A stretch of DNA of 64,000 nucleotides, taken from positions 128,001 through 192,000 of the forward strand of contig CAWAOD010000005.1 in the NCBI GenBank assembly GCA_963783575.1. The letters are read 5' to 3'. Position 1 is the stretch's first letter. The number at the start of each line of letters is the position of its first letter. Below, in pieces: positions 10,089-19,859 of this stretch. Below the pieces are notes generated by a model that saw only the letters and a program-made list of their open reading frames with translations, was not told the DNA's origin and did not search any database. This stretch comes from an uncultured Spirochaetota bacterium (lineage in GTDB: Bacteria > Spirochaetota > Brevinematia > Brevinematales > JAOACQ01). Position numbers and translations under genes: made by a program.

Positions 10089-11276
10089 ATGAATGAAGCA
10101 ATTATCAGGGAAGGCAGAGAAAAATCCATTCTCCTTCATCATCCATGGGTTTTTAAAAATTCCATCCAAAAAATTACAGGCCGTCCGGAAAAGGGCGAGA
10201 TTATCAATTTAACCGATTCAAAGGGCAGTTTTCTTGCCAGGGGTTATTATAATGAGGATTCACAAATTTCAATAAGGCTTCTGGAATGGGATGAAAAAGT
10301 AACGGTGGATGACGGCTGGTGGAAGACTAAACTTGGTCAATCTATTGAAAGGCGTAATCAGTATTTATCCGGGAATAAAAACGATGCCTGCCGTCTTGTT
10401 TATGCCGAATCCGACCTTATCCCCGGCCTGATTGTAGATAAGTACGGGGATTTTATTGTTCTGCAGGTTCTGACTGCCGGGATTGATAAAGTTAAGGATA
10501 TAATTGTCGATAACCTGCGGGAGCTGCTTCATCCGAAAGGGATTTATGAAAGAAGCGACGCTGATGTGAGAAAATTGGAAGGGCTTGATGAAAATTCCGG
10601 CTTACTGGATGGAAAAGAACCGCCGAATGATTTGATAATTTCCGAAAATAACACTTTGTTTTCAGTAAATTTAAAAAAAGGTCAGAAAACCGGATTTTTT
10701 CTTGATCAAAAAAATAATAGACAGACTGTGTCACAATTTTTAAGAAACAAAACTGTACTTGACTGCTTCTGTTATACAGGCGGATTTACAATTCCCGCAC
10801 TTAAACAGGGGGCATTTCATGTCACATCGGTAGATTCATCGGAAGCCGCCCTGAAAATACTTGAGAGAAATCTATCCATAAATCAAATTTCCGATAAATC
10901 CAGTGAAATAATTGAAGGTGATGCTTACCGCGTGTTAAGGAATTTTCGTGACACTTTAAAAAAATTTGACGCCGTCATTCTTGATCCGCCCAAGCTTGCC
11001 CCTACTCGCCAATCTCTTGACCGGGCAATGCGTGCTTATAAGGATATCAATCTGCTTGCTATGAAAATCCTTAAGCCCGAAGGCTTGCTGGCCACTTTTT
11101 CCTGTTCGGGCGGAGTAAAAATTGAAGACTTCAAAAAAATAATAGGTTGGGCTTCTGCTGATGCCGGTAGGGAAGTACATATAATAAAGATTTTGTCACA
11201 GAATGAAGACCATCCGATAAGGGTAAGCTATCCCGAATCCGAATATTTGAAAGGTTTGATCTGCAGGATTCTATAA
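10089..11276 (+). CDS. rlmI: RlmI-type 23S rRNA C5-cytosine methyltransferase
   Basis: HHPWVF, ESDLIPGLIVDKY, GQKTGFFLDQ, DCFCYTGGF, ILDPP and EYLKG motifs. Confidence 0.85.
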   Translation: MNEAIIREGREKSILLHHPWVFKNSIQKITGRPEKGEIINLTDSKGSFLARGYYNEDSQISIRLLEWDEKVTVDDGWWKTKLGQSIERRNQYLSGNKNDACRLVYAESDLIPGLIVDKYGDFIVLQVLTAGIDKVKDIIVDNLRELLHPKGIYERSDADVRKLEGLDENSGLLDGKEPPNDLIISENNTLFSVNLKKGQKTGFFLDQKNNRQTVSQFLRNKTVLDCFCYTGGFTIPALKQGAFHVTSVDSSEAALKILERNLSINQISDKSSEIIEGDAYRVLRNFRDTLKKFDAVILDPPKLAPTRQSLDRAMRAYKDINLLAMKILKPEGLLATFSCSGGVKIEDFKKIIGWASADAGREVHIIKILSQNEDHPIRVSYPESEYLKGLICRIL

Positions 11277-11473
11277 ATCCCGAAAAGAATAATTTTTTAA
11301 CTAACTGACATATCGATCAATTTAATTTGAATAAAATAGTTGTTTTTATTATAATAATAATATTATTATAAATTATTTGTCTAATTCTTATATTAGTTTT
11401 TTACAGTTAACAGATTGCTGTACATTACTAAATCCCTTTTTTTTATTGCATCGGGAAAACAAGGGGGGTATGA

Positions 11474-12403
11474 ATGGAATTACGGAATATTACTGAAAGT
11501 ATTCTGGTGGATCTGGTTGATTCGCTGGAAGATGTTAAGAATAAAATCATTAATAAAAATCAGAAACTTGAATTGATCGCTTATGTATTGAACAGGTTAA
11601 AACCGGTATATGTAACAAGCAGCAAGGGTTTTATGAATGTTCTGGTCAAATTTCAAAATGATCCCCAGTTTTATGCCGATATGATGGTACAGCTTAATGA
11701 TGGATTAATTGCTGTTAAAAACATGATATCCGATCAATTGATTCCTGATGATGATTTTCAATTGCTTAGAAATATTACCGAATATATTGTTGTCGATATG
11801 GTTAATGAATTGGGTGATATTCCGGAAAATCAAAAATTTGAATTATTCTCATATATCTTAAACAGGCTTAAACCTCTTTATATAACCAACGATAAAAAAT
11901 TTCCGGAAATTATAAAGAACTGGAAAAATAATGCTGATTTTGTGAATAATATTAAAAATAAAATCAATGAGGGATTTGTCGCAGTAAAAAAGATAGGGAT
12001 TACGGAGGAAAGGGAAGAAAGGCTTGACTTGAATGCCGCGTACTATGGTTTTCCTAAAATCTATGGAAAGATAATATCATCGATTTCTTTCATGTATCTT
12101 GAGACTGCGAAGGTTACTCTTCTAATCGATTCTCAAATTGCCCAGTCATTATATTCCGATATGGATAACCCGGTCGAGCTTATTCCTGATGACAGAGGTA
12201 TATATTCATTCGCTCCAAAACCGGCCAGGGCGGAAAAAGAAAGCGAAAAAAAACTTTTCATTCTTACAATTTTAATTCAAAAAGAAGGACGAGAATACAA
12301 AAAAATCCTGACCTATGAAACTGAATCCGTTTTGGGAGATGCTGTTTTATTTAATTATCAGGAGAACATCCTTTCGATTGAGGATATTTATGTCCCGTTC
12401 TAA
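11474..12403 (+). CDS. Protein with two tandem ComFB-family domains and a C-terminal beta domain
   Basis: Internal repeat LRNITE...ELxxYxLNRLKPxYxT occurs twice, matching the ComFB LN-x-LPP-x-Y motif. Confidence 0.7.
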   Translation: MELRNITESILVDLVDSLEDVKNKIINKNQKLELIAYVLNRLKPVYVTSSKGFMNVLVKFQNDPQFYADMMVQLNDGLIAVKNMISDQLIPDDDFQLLRNITEYIVVDMVNELGDIPENQKFELFSYILNRLKPLYITNDKKFPEIIKNWKNNADFVNNIKNKINEGFVAVKKIGITEEREERLDLNAAYYGFPKIYGKIISSISFMYLETAKVTLLIDSQIAQSLYSDMDNPVELIPDDRGIYSFAPKPARAEKESEKKLFILTILIQKEGREYKKILTYETESVLGDAVLFNYQENILSIEDIYVPF

Positions 12404-12405
12404 AC

Positions 12406-12978
12406 TCAGCTAAACATCTCCTTTTCCACAATTTCGCAGATAATATGGCCTATCATAATATGGGATTCTTGTATTCTGGGGGTATCTTTTGAGGGAACTT
12501 TGATTAGAAGGTCGCACAATCCGGCCATCTTTCCGCCGGTTTCGCCTGTAAGACCTATGGTTTTGACCCCGATTTTTCCCGACATCTCCAGAGCCGACAA
12601 TATATTTTCCGCGTTGCCGCTCGTTGATAAACCGACAAAAACATCTCCTTTTTTTGCGTTCGCTTCAAGCTGCCTCGCGAAAACCCTGTTAAAAGCGTAA
12701 TCATTACCGATAGATGTCAAAACCGATGTGTTAACAGTCAGAGCTTCCGCTGCAAGAGCTTCCCGCTCCAGATAAAACTTGCCGACAAGTTCTGCCGCAA
12801 GATGCTGAGCATCAGCAGCGCTGCCTCCGTTCCCTGCAAAAAATATCTTACCCTTATTTTCCCTGTATGACTCGATTATCATTTGAGCGGCTTTATTAAT
12901 ATTTTCAATAATTGAAGAACTTTCCAGAATTTTCTGCTTAATTGAAATGCTTTCCTCAATTTTTTGCTTGATATTCAT
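12406..12978 (-). CDS. gmhA: D-sedoheptulose 7-phosphate isomerase
   Basis: GNGGSAADAQH, STSGN, RIQESH motifs; ATG 12978 after GGAG. Confidence 0.95.
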   Translation of the reverse strand: MNIKQKIEESISIKQKILESSSIIENINKAAQMIIESYRENKGKIFFAGNGGSAADAQHLAAELVGKFYLEREALAAEALTVNTSVLTSIGNDYAFNRVFARQLEANAKKGDVFVGLSTSGNAENILSALEMSGKIGVKTIGLTGETGGKMAGLCDLLIKVPSKDTPRIQESHIMIGHIICEIVEKEMFS

Positions 12979-14227
12979 ATTCACTCCTTTGTTTGATTTC
13001 CTGGATAATTGTATTGAATCCGTCATATGTTTTTAAATTATCATTTATAGGATATTTTCCCGCTATGATAAAGCATTTTAAATACGGCAGGCTTTCTATA
13101 TTGTCGCTTTCTTTATCGCCGATCATTAAGCTTCTGTATAAATCAATATTATGCTTATCCGCCGCTTCAAGTATCATACCTGGACCCGGTTTTCTGAGAA
13201 GGCTTTCTTTCTTAAATTTCTCAATAACCGCTTCCTTATGGTATGGACAATAAAAAGAATCCAGAATTCCGATATCATAGTCAAGAAGCTTTTTCTGCAT
13301 CTCTTCCTGAAAATTAATAAATTCCTTTTCTGTAAACCTGCCTTTACCTATGCCAGCCTGGTTGGTTACTATTATAAGCCTGTAATTCATTTTCTGCAGT
13401 TCTTTTAAAAAGGTTATTGCACCAGGGATAAAATTCAATTCTTCCGGCCTGTAGGTATAACCGGTGTCCTCGGTTATTGTTCCGTCCCTGTCCAGAAATG
13501 CGGCTTTAATTTTATCCTCATTTATCCAGCTTTCCAGAACTTTGTCAGCCCTGTAATAATCTTCCGGGACACCGATATCTATGAACCGTCCCCCAAATGG
13601 GATGCCGGAAATTATTTCCTCACTGTTTTTCATTATTCCGGGAAGAACTTCGTTTTCCAGCGAAAGAATACCTTGTTTATTAAAATAACTTATAGCTCGA
13701 TGAGATAGTACATAAATACCGCCGTTGATAAAACCGTCATCCAGATCGCTCCTTTTTTCAACAAATTCAATAACCCTGTTTCCGCTCAGTTTAACCGAAC
13801 CGTATCGCTTAACATCGCTTTTGTATTTCAAAGCCATCGAGATCAAACTGTTTGATAGATGATGATAATCCATAAGATATTTTATGCCGGCGTCAAAATA
13901 GGTATCGCCGTTGATAACGATGAAATCTTCATTCGGGCAGAATCTTTCAGCAGCCTTTTTGACTGCGCCTCCTGTACCAAGCGGATCGGTTTCCCTTGAA
14001 TATTTTATTTGAACCCCGAAGGATCTTCCATCCAAAAAGTAATTTTCGATTATATCACCTTTGTATCCGGTCAGCAAAATAATATCATTGAATCCCTGCT
14101 TCCCCAAATAATCTATCAAATATTTCAGAAAAGGCCTGCCCTGAATAGGAGCCATGGGTTTGGGAGCATCTTTTACAATATGGGAAAGGCGCGTGCCGAA
14201 GCCGCCGGCCAGAATAAATACTTTCAT
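12956..14227 (-). CDS. Fusion of heptose-1-phosphate nucleotidyltransferase (HddC-like) and heptose-1,7-bisphosphate phosphatase (GmhB-like)
   Basis: N-terminal LAGGFGTRL...PKPM, FIDIGVPEDY; C-terminal FLDRDGT, VTNQAG, CPYH, RKPGPGM, MIGDK. Confidence 0.9.
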   Translation of the reverse strand: MKVFILAGGFGTRLSHIVKDAPKPMAPIQGRPFLKYLIDYLGKQGFNDIILLTGYKGDIIENYFLDGRSFGVQIKYSRETDPLGTGGAVKKAAERFCPNEDFIVINGDTYFDAGIKYLMDYHHLSNSLISMALKYKSDVKRYGSVKLSGNRVIEFVEKRSDLDDGFINGGIYVLSHRAISYFNKQGILSLENEVLPGIMKNSEEIISGIPFGGRFIDIGVPEDYYRADKVLESWINEDKIKAAFLDRDGTITEDTGYTYRPEELNFIPGAITFLKELQKMNYRLIIVTNQAGIGKGRFTEKEFINFQEEMQKKLLDYDIGILDSFYCPYHKEAVIEKFKKESLLRKPGPGMILEAADKHNIDLYRSLMIGDKESDNIESLPYLKCFIIAGKYPINDNLKTYDGFNTIIQEIKQRSEYEYQAKN

Positions 14228-14309
14228 CTTAACTCCAGAACAAAAGATAATTCATTAATTTTTCTTTATATAATCCATAATCTGCCGGCAATATGAATCG
14301 AAATCTAAA

Positions 14310-14423
14310 ATCCCTCGACTCCGCTCGGGATGACGGCAACTTCAAATCGAAATTATTAATGATTCCACTAAAAATGCCTTAAAATTGGAAATAAATGTTA
14401 TTCTGATCGTAGTCGAGGAATCT
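14310..14423. repeat. Inverted pair of REP-like elements
   Basis: ATCCCTCGACTCCGCTCGGGATGAC (14310-14334) and a degenerate inverted copy GTTATTCTGATCGTAGTCGAGGAAT (14397-14421); 19/25 identical by hand alignment. Confidence 0.6.
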
Positions 14424-14552
14424 TTGAAGGTTCAATACAATTGAATCCTGTTTGGTAAAATTATGAAGATTTTCTTCAAGATTATTATATTCTTCCCTGA
14501 TTCTTCGAATACATCTCTTTATGGATTCAATTTTATTTAAAATAACGTCCAT
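14421..14552 (-). pseudogene. Truncated HepT/DUF86 (HEPN) toxin
   Basis: MDVILNKIESIKRCIRRIREEY...KQDSIVLNLQR, after which similarity stops at the REP-like repeat; no RxxxxH catalytic motif remains. Confidence 0.8.
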
Positions 14553-14934
14553 ATCCGTCTCCTAATTTTTCCTTTAAAACCGGTGATCTTTCTTCATTTA
14601 ATTTTTCATATTCGCTTAAGGTATTCATTTCAATAAATAGCCTCTCTGAGTCATCACTGCAATAAATCAATTTATTTTTCTTTAAAACCTGAATCTTCAG
14701 GATAGTTGTTACCGTTTTAAAATCTATCAAATGAACATCACGATTAATTAATGCTGATAATTCATTCGCCAATTCGAACAATAAAAGCGAATCCGGCTTG
14801 TCTTTAGTAATAAAAGCTATATCAATATCGCTATCCCGGTTAAAATTACCGTTAACAAAGGAACCAAAAAGATAAACAGCTATCAAGCCCATTTTTTTTG
14901 ATAAAATTTGTATTATTATATTATCAATATTCAT
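14533..14934 (-). CDS. MntA-like minimal nucleotidyltransferase antitoxin
   Basis: YLFGSF...SDIDIA (GSX10DXD); overlaps the start of the HEPN gene. Confidence 0.88.
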   Translation of the reverse strand: MNIDNIIIQILSKKMGLIAVYLFGSFVNGNFNRDSDIDIAFITKDKPDSLLLFELANELSALINRDVHLIDFKTVTTILKIQVLKKNKLIYCSDDSERLFIEMNTLSEYEKLNEERSPVLKEKLGDGYGRYFK

Positions 14935-15020
14935 TATTTATTTCCATGCATAAAATTAAAGACATATTTTAAAATAATTACTATAAAACCGCTATTATTT
15001 GGCAGATACTTTTCAATAAT

Positions 15021-15049
15021 TTGACACCCAAATTAACATTTGTTATAAT
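15021..15049 (+). promoter_or_regulatory. Consensus sigma70 promoter of the tRNA operon
   Basis: TTGACA-17 bp-TATAAT with extended -10 TG, 30 bp before tRNA-Lys. Confidence 0.85.
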
Positions 15050-15078
15050 ACTAACCCTGATGAATAGAAGAATTTACC

Positions 15079-15151
15079 GGGCCGCTAGCTCAGTCGGTAG
15101 AGCATCACACTTTTAATGTGAGGGCCCTGGGTTCGATCCCCAGGCGGCTCA
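15079..15151 (+). tRNA. tRNA-Lys (UUU)
   Basis: GGGCCGC/GCGGCTC acceptor stem, AGCTCAGTCGGTAGAGC D-arm, CTTTTAA anticodon loop, GGTTCGATCC T-arm; CCA not encoded. Confidence 0.97.
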
Positions 15152-15171
15152 ATTACCGTTTTTATGAATAT

Positions 15172-15244
15172 TCCCCTGTAGCTCAGTTGGCAGAGCAGGT
15201 GACTGTTAATCACCGGGCCGTAGGTTCGAGCCCTACCGGGGGAG
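15172..15244 (+). tRNA. tRNA-Asn (GUU)
   Basis: TCCCCTG/CGGGGGA acceptor stem, CTGTTAA anticodon loop, GGTTCGAGCC T-arm; CCA not encoded. Confidence 0.97.
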
Positions 15245-15251
15245 AATTTGT

Positions 15252-15283
15252 AAAAGGGACTGTATAAAAAACAGTCCCTTTTT
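15252..15283. terminator. Bidirectional Rho-independent terminator
   Basis: AAAAGGGACTGT-ATAAAAA-ACAGTCCCTTTTT. Confidence 0.9.
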
Positions 15284-15342
15284 GTTCTTTGAAAGAAAGA
15301 ATTTACTGATTAACCGTTAGGTAAATAGCATTATTCAGTCAT

Positions 15343-15699
15343 TTACAAATCTCTGATTCTGATTTTAGATGGGGTAATAACAACAAACTTGTTATAGAGG
15401 GATTGATTGTATTGAGATATAACCTTAATTAAATTTTTTAAAATCTGTTGCAAGTCTTCATTTACATAACGGATGAAAATGACCCCAACGTTTTTATACT
15501 GGTGAGAAAACACCAGTTCTCCAAAATCGCTGTCTTCTGTTAGCAGTATAGCGTTATTCTTTCGTGCTAATTCGATTACCTTCTCATCAGAGATTCCCGG
15601 TTGTGATTCCATAACGGATAAAACGCTTACTTGGAATTCTCTTAATTGTCTGATAATACGGAAATCAACATTTTCGTCTGCTAGAAAATTAAGAGGCAA
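15343..15699 (-). CDS. DUF5615 (VapC45-like) PIN-domain toxin
   Basis: FLADENV...DEKVI...LLTEDSDFG PIN-like motifs; coupled to the DUF433 gene. Confidence 0.85.
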   Translation of the reverse strand: MPLNFLADENVDFRIIRQLREFQVSVLSVMESQPGISDEKVIELARKNNAILLTEDSDFGELVFSHQYKNVGVIFIRYVNEDLQQILKNLIKVISQYNQSLYNKFVVITPSKIRIRDL

Positions 15700-15913
15700 G
15701 CATTTCCTCCTTACCGATCACATCAGCGGAATAGGAAAGAACAGCATAGATATCTTCAGCCTTGATATTCGGATAAGCTTCCAGCAATTCTTCAATTGAC
15801 ATTCCTTCCGATAGTTTTCTGAGTAACAGCTCAACCGTGATACGTGTTCCTTTTACAATCGGTTTTCCCATCATAATTTCCGGGTTTATTTCCAGCCGTT
15901 CTCTGTAATTCAT
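15689..15913 (-). CDS. DUF433 (VapB45-like) antitoxin
   Basis: INPEIMMGKPIVKGTRITV...EELLEAYP signature. Confidence 0.9.
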   Translation of the reverse strand: MNYRERLEINPEIMMGKPIVKGTRITVELLLRKLSEGMSIEELLEAYPNIKAEDIYAVLSYSADVIGKEEMLAS

Positions 15914-16066
15914 ATTATTACCTCTTTTATACTCATTAAAATATGTTCTTGCCTCATTATTATATTATTTTTTATGGGAAAAAAGCAAAAATTGGGGTTC
16001 TAAAGAATAATTCTATATGCTTTTTGGAAGTAGAAGAAAAATCCACAATTTGAACGCTTTAATGGG

Positions 16067-16214
16067 ATGACGAATACAGCGGCGCATCATTTAGCGGCAT
16101 CGATTGAGGGAGGAGGTTGATTTTAGTATGTCCTTTAGCTATCCGTTTCATTTCAAGTCTTACTCCATCCCACAAAAGCACGCTTTGAGACACCAACCGG
16201 GGGAGATTTTGTAA
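16067..16214. repeat. att-like dispersed repeat copy 1, ending in the tRNA-Asn 3' sequence
   Basis: ACCGGGGGAGATTTTGTAA (from 16196) matches ACCGGGGGAGAATTTGTAA (from 15235) at 18/19. The preceding ~130 bp is homologous to 19505-19634. Confidence 0.85.
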
Positions 16215-16574
16215 TGGCGCATGGCTGGAAAAGCTGTGCGCTTTTTTTTATTGTGAGCTCTCGTAGAGCTGTTTTAACGGCTTATAGGCGGTTTGAAAGT
16301 CCAGAATTTTTCATCCTTTACGCTAACAAAATGAATCGTAAGTCACTATAATCGCCAAAAGGTATTGCCTATCCGAAGGATATTCAAAGTGTTAATCATT
16401 GAAAACCTTTTTTCTTTTTCCCATAGCTAAATTATAATTTTTCCAATCGATAAATTGACCACAGTAAAAACAGGTAATATAATATCTAAAACTTATTATA
16501 AAGAAAATATATATTGCTTTGTTATATGCAAAAATTTAACGGGTTATATATTTCTGAATAAATGGAGTATTAGT

Positions 16575-18212
16575 ATGCATAGAATCTTTATTTTTTCAGG
16601 TGTTATTTTGATTAATTTTATAATTTGCGCCGGATTATTATTTCCTATGGATTCTGGTAACTCATCAATAAAAATGTATAATGATGCCAATAACGCCTAC
16701 TCTTTTTTCTATCCATCCGTTTGGGACTTTAAAGAAGATAAAGATGGACAAAGTTTGGCTTTTAAAAACGAAACTGGGGATAATGCAAGTATCCAGATTT
16801 CTATATTTAATGGAGAAAGTTATTCGTCTTCCTCCGGTAAATGGGGTGTCTTTACCTATCAATATAACAGTAAAAATAAAATATGGAAAATAACTTCCCC
16901 CTCAGATAGTGGGAAAGGTTCTAATGTTCAGGAAATCCAAACTATGCTGACAAAAGGCGGCCTGCCTTACACGGTGGAGGACCGGCAGAATATACATACT
17001 TTTATTTTTGCTCTTCGCCCGGGAATTTACGTGATCGCAGTAACGTTGAACTTTTATCCTGAAACCCAAAGAATAATTTTTATCGATGGTATAATACTTT
17101 CTTCCCTGGCTTCCGACAGGCTGAAAGAAATCATGAGGGAGCTTTCAGACGGTCTTGGCGGTATTTATCAACAAAACATTAATTCAAGAACCAAAGAAGA
17201 AGTGGAAGCATCAAAGAAGAAAAACGTTGTGGATTATTTCCTGCTTTGCACGGATATTATTCCATATTCCAATTTCAATACACCGGTTGAACTACCGTAT
17301 GCGGTACGATCCACATATCCCTATTGGACAAACTTGAATTATAATGAGTTGAAGGAGTCGATTGACAAAGGTTTTAATTTTAGGAAGAGCTTGCTTTCCA
17401 TGTATTTAGATACGGCATCCCCTTCAGGACTTATAATGGATAAAAGAGAAATAGATATTCAGAATGGATATATTTCTATGAAGGGACATAATAAAAACAG
17501 CGATTTTTTAATTAAATTCGTTTATTTTATTAAATCAGACGGAACATGCATTCCCGCATTTTATTATACACACAATGCGCTTGAGGAGCATATCTCGTGT
17601 TATACTTTTTATGAGGGAAAAAGGATCATGAAAAACGAGGAAATTATTTCCGGTTCTCCCTTTGATTTTTATAAAAAGAAGTTCAAGGAACTGGAGAAAT
17701 ACAGTGAAACCAACGTATATTGGTCAATTGAGCTGCCGAGATATGGAACGACAGCCAGCTTATTCATGGGACTTGAGACCGCTGAAATGGCCATAGAAAT
17801 AGCAGAAATTAATAATAATTTGGACATTAAACTTGGGAAATTGCCGCTTGACTTGGTTTGGGATCAGTCAAAGGGAAGGTTTGACCCAAGATATAGTAAA
17901 AACTGGAATGATCCCTCAAATTTTGTATTACTGCCAGGTGATTTCTGGGCTGCAGTGTTTGAAGACGACATGAATTATATTGATTCATATGTGAAAAAAG
18001 GCGGTAATATCAATATCAAGCATTCTATATATGGTTTTACGCCATTGACATGGGCAGCTTCATATGGCCATGAAGAATTGGTGAAATTTCTGATAAAATC
18101 GGGAGCCGGCCCTCAAATCAAGGACGGTGATGGCAAGACTGCTCTTGATAAAGCAAAAACGAATCATCATGATGATATTGTCAAAATACTGGAAGATGCC
18201 GAGGCAAGGTAA
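16575..18212 (+). CDS. Exported protein with C-terminal ankyrin repeats
   Basis: Signal-like N-terminus from ATG 16575 (GGAG RBS); GFTPLTWAASYGHEELVKFLI, GKTALDKA. Confidence 0.75.
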   Translation: MHRIFIFSGVILINFIICAGLLFPMDSGNSSIKMYNDANNAYSFFYPSVWDFKEDKDGQSLAFKNETGDNASIQISIFNGESYSSSSGKWGVFTYQYNSKNKIWKITSPSDSGKGSNVQEIQTMLTKGGLPYTVEDRQNIHTFIFALRPGIYVIAVTLNFYPETQRIIFIDGIILSSLASDRLKEIMRELSDGLGGIYQQNINSRTKEEVEASKKKNVVDYFLLCTDIIPYSNFNTPVELPYAVRSTYPYWTNLNYNELKESIDKGFNFRKSLLSMYLDTASPSGLIMDKREIDIQNGYISMKGHNKNSDFLIKFVYFIKSDGTCIPAFYYTHNALEEHISCYTFYEGKRIMKNEEIISGSPFDFYKKKFKELEKYSETNVYWSIELPRYGTTASLFMGLETAEMAIEIAEINNNLDIKLGKLPLDLVWDQSKGRFDPRYSKNWNDPSNFVLLPGDFWAAVFEDDMNYIDSYVKKGGNINIKHSIYGFTPLTWAASYGHEELVKFLIKSGAGPQIKDGDGKTALDKAKTNHHDDIVKILEDAEAR

Positions 18213-18455
18213 GTTTTTAGAAAAAGCTGTAATAAAATAATAGTTAATTAACATTTTATATATGGCTATTGGAATTATGGTGAAATCATTTTGATAATTA
18301 TCAGGTATAGCCTTTAATATAACTAAAACTAAAATAAAAATTGTTATAGAAGGTTACCAGATTTATTGTGTCAATAAACTTTCCTTCAAACCATTTTTTT
18401 ATATAATGTTTTAACAGAAGTACTATTTTTCCTATTAACAAATCAGAGGTAAAAA

Positions 18456-19283
18456 ATGCGAATCATATTATCAATAGTACTTATTATTTTCGGTTTTTTT
18501 CTTGGTGCAGTTTGTTATTATTATGCCCTGCAAATAAAAACAGGTCTTGTTCATCGGGAAAAATACTCCAGATTTATTGTAGAATCAGGGCGTATACTTC
18601 CGGACATCATCTATACGAATGCTGAAGGAACAGAAAAAAAGGCGCACCTTGATTCTGGAAGTTATAGCCAGTTTAAGCCGGGAGACCAGATTTTTTTCTA
18701 TTTGTACCCTAAGAATCCGGAATTTGCCACTCCTGATAACTTTCTGAATCTTTATTTTCTGCAACTGCTGGGAGGAATTTTTTCAGTACTGGTAATCATT
18801 ATCGGCATTTTTGTTCTTTCAGGAAAGTTATCTCTGATGGGAGCCACCTTTTCAGCATTAGCAGCTCTTATAATCGCCCTGTGGGGTTTTGGAATCCTGA
18901 AAGGAGAATTTATTTTACAAACAAAAGGAACTCTTATAACCGGGAAAGTTGTTGATATTAATAGTAAGAAGGAGTATACCTATACACATACAACTGGTAA
19001 TAATTTAGTAGATAGAAAGAAAGGATGGACTCGATATCTTAAGTTTCAATATTATGGACCGCAAAATCAACTTCTTCAGGTAACAATTGCAGATCAGGAC
19101 AAAGATTACAAAGTTGGTGATGAAATCCCTCTGGTAGCCGATTTTTCTTCGCGTCCAATAGTTGCGATTCATGACTGGAAGAGTTTTATTACGGGACTTT
19201 TCCTGGTTTCGCTTTTCTCTATTATGTTTACAGCTGCGGCAGTTATTTTTTGGTTTGTGTTTATTGGAAAAATCAGACCATAG
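18456..19283 (+). CDS. Membrane protein with two DUF3592-like repeats
   Basis: TM-beta-TM unit twice (FKPGDQIFFYLYPKNP; YKVGDEIPLVADF). Confidence 0.6.
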   Translation: MRIILSIVLIIFGFFLGAVCYYYALQIKTGLVHREKYSRFIVESGRILPDIIYTNAEGTEKKAHLDSGSYSQFKPGDQIFFYLYPKNPEFATPDNFLNLYFLQLLGGIFSVLVIIIGIFVLSGKLSLMGATFSALAALIIALWGFGILKGEFILQTKGTLITGKVVDINSKKEYTYTHTTGNNLVDRKKGWTRYLKFQYYGPQNQLLQVTIADQDKDYKVGDEIPLVADFSSRPIVAIHDWKSFITGLFLVSLFSIMFTAAAVIFWFVFIGKIRP

Positions 19284-19447
19284 AAATGATGGGGCTATCA
19301 TACCTGATCTGCCCGATTGTTCAGTTTTTGGAAGTACCGAAGAAAGAGGCTCTTAAAGAAATAAAAACAGCCATGGAATTATGGATTCAAAACGCGTTAA
19401 AGGATGGAATAAAAATACCTGAACCTAAAGAAAAGGTTATTGCCTGA
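19284..19447 (+). pseudogene. HicB-like antitoxin remnant (5'-truncated, frameshifted)
   Basis: AIIPDLPDCSVFGSTEE in one frame, EALKEIKTAMELWI...IPEP in another. Confidence 0.7.
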
Positions 19448-19504
19448 ATCTACTTATATTTTAAAACGGCATTAAACTTTCGGCAAACTAAGTAACTGTC
19501 CTAT

Positions 19505-19647
19505 GTTGATGAATACAGCGGCACATCATTCATGGTTATCGATTCTGGAAGAAGGCTTATTTTGGTATGGCCTTTTGCTATGCATTTCATTTCGAGCTTT
19601 AGTCCGTTCCATAAAAGCACGCTTTGAGACACCAACCGGGGGAGAAT
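19505..19647. repeat. att-like dispersed repeat copy 2
   Basis: ACCGGGGGAGAAT at 19635-19647 is identical to 15235-15247 (tRNA-Asn 3' end); arm homologous to copy 1. Confidence 0.85.
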
Positions 19648-19859
19648 GGTTGGTGTTTGGGAGTATATACCGGATAACGACTTAAGAGATAGCCCTATAT
19701 CGGGTTGACGCCTGTATAAGACTATTTTTATGCTGTAAGAGCCAGTTATGACCTTGTAAAAGACAAGCCTTAAAGTTCATTCCGTAGATTTTTTTTAAGA
19801 AGCTGATGTAGTTTGTGTGACAAATTTAGGTTATAGACATTAAAGCAGTCTTTCCATAT

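Noticed and set aside
19503..19685. 60-aa plus-strand ORF as a gene
   Set aside because: It is the antisense of the att-like repeat; synonymous changes support the minus-strand frame.
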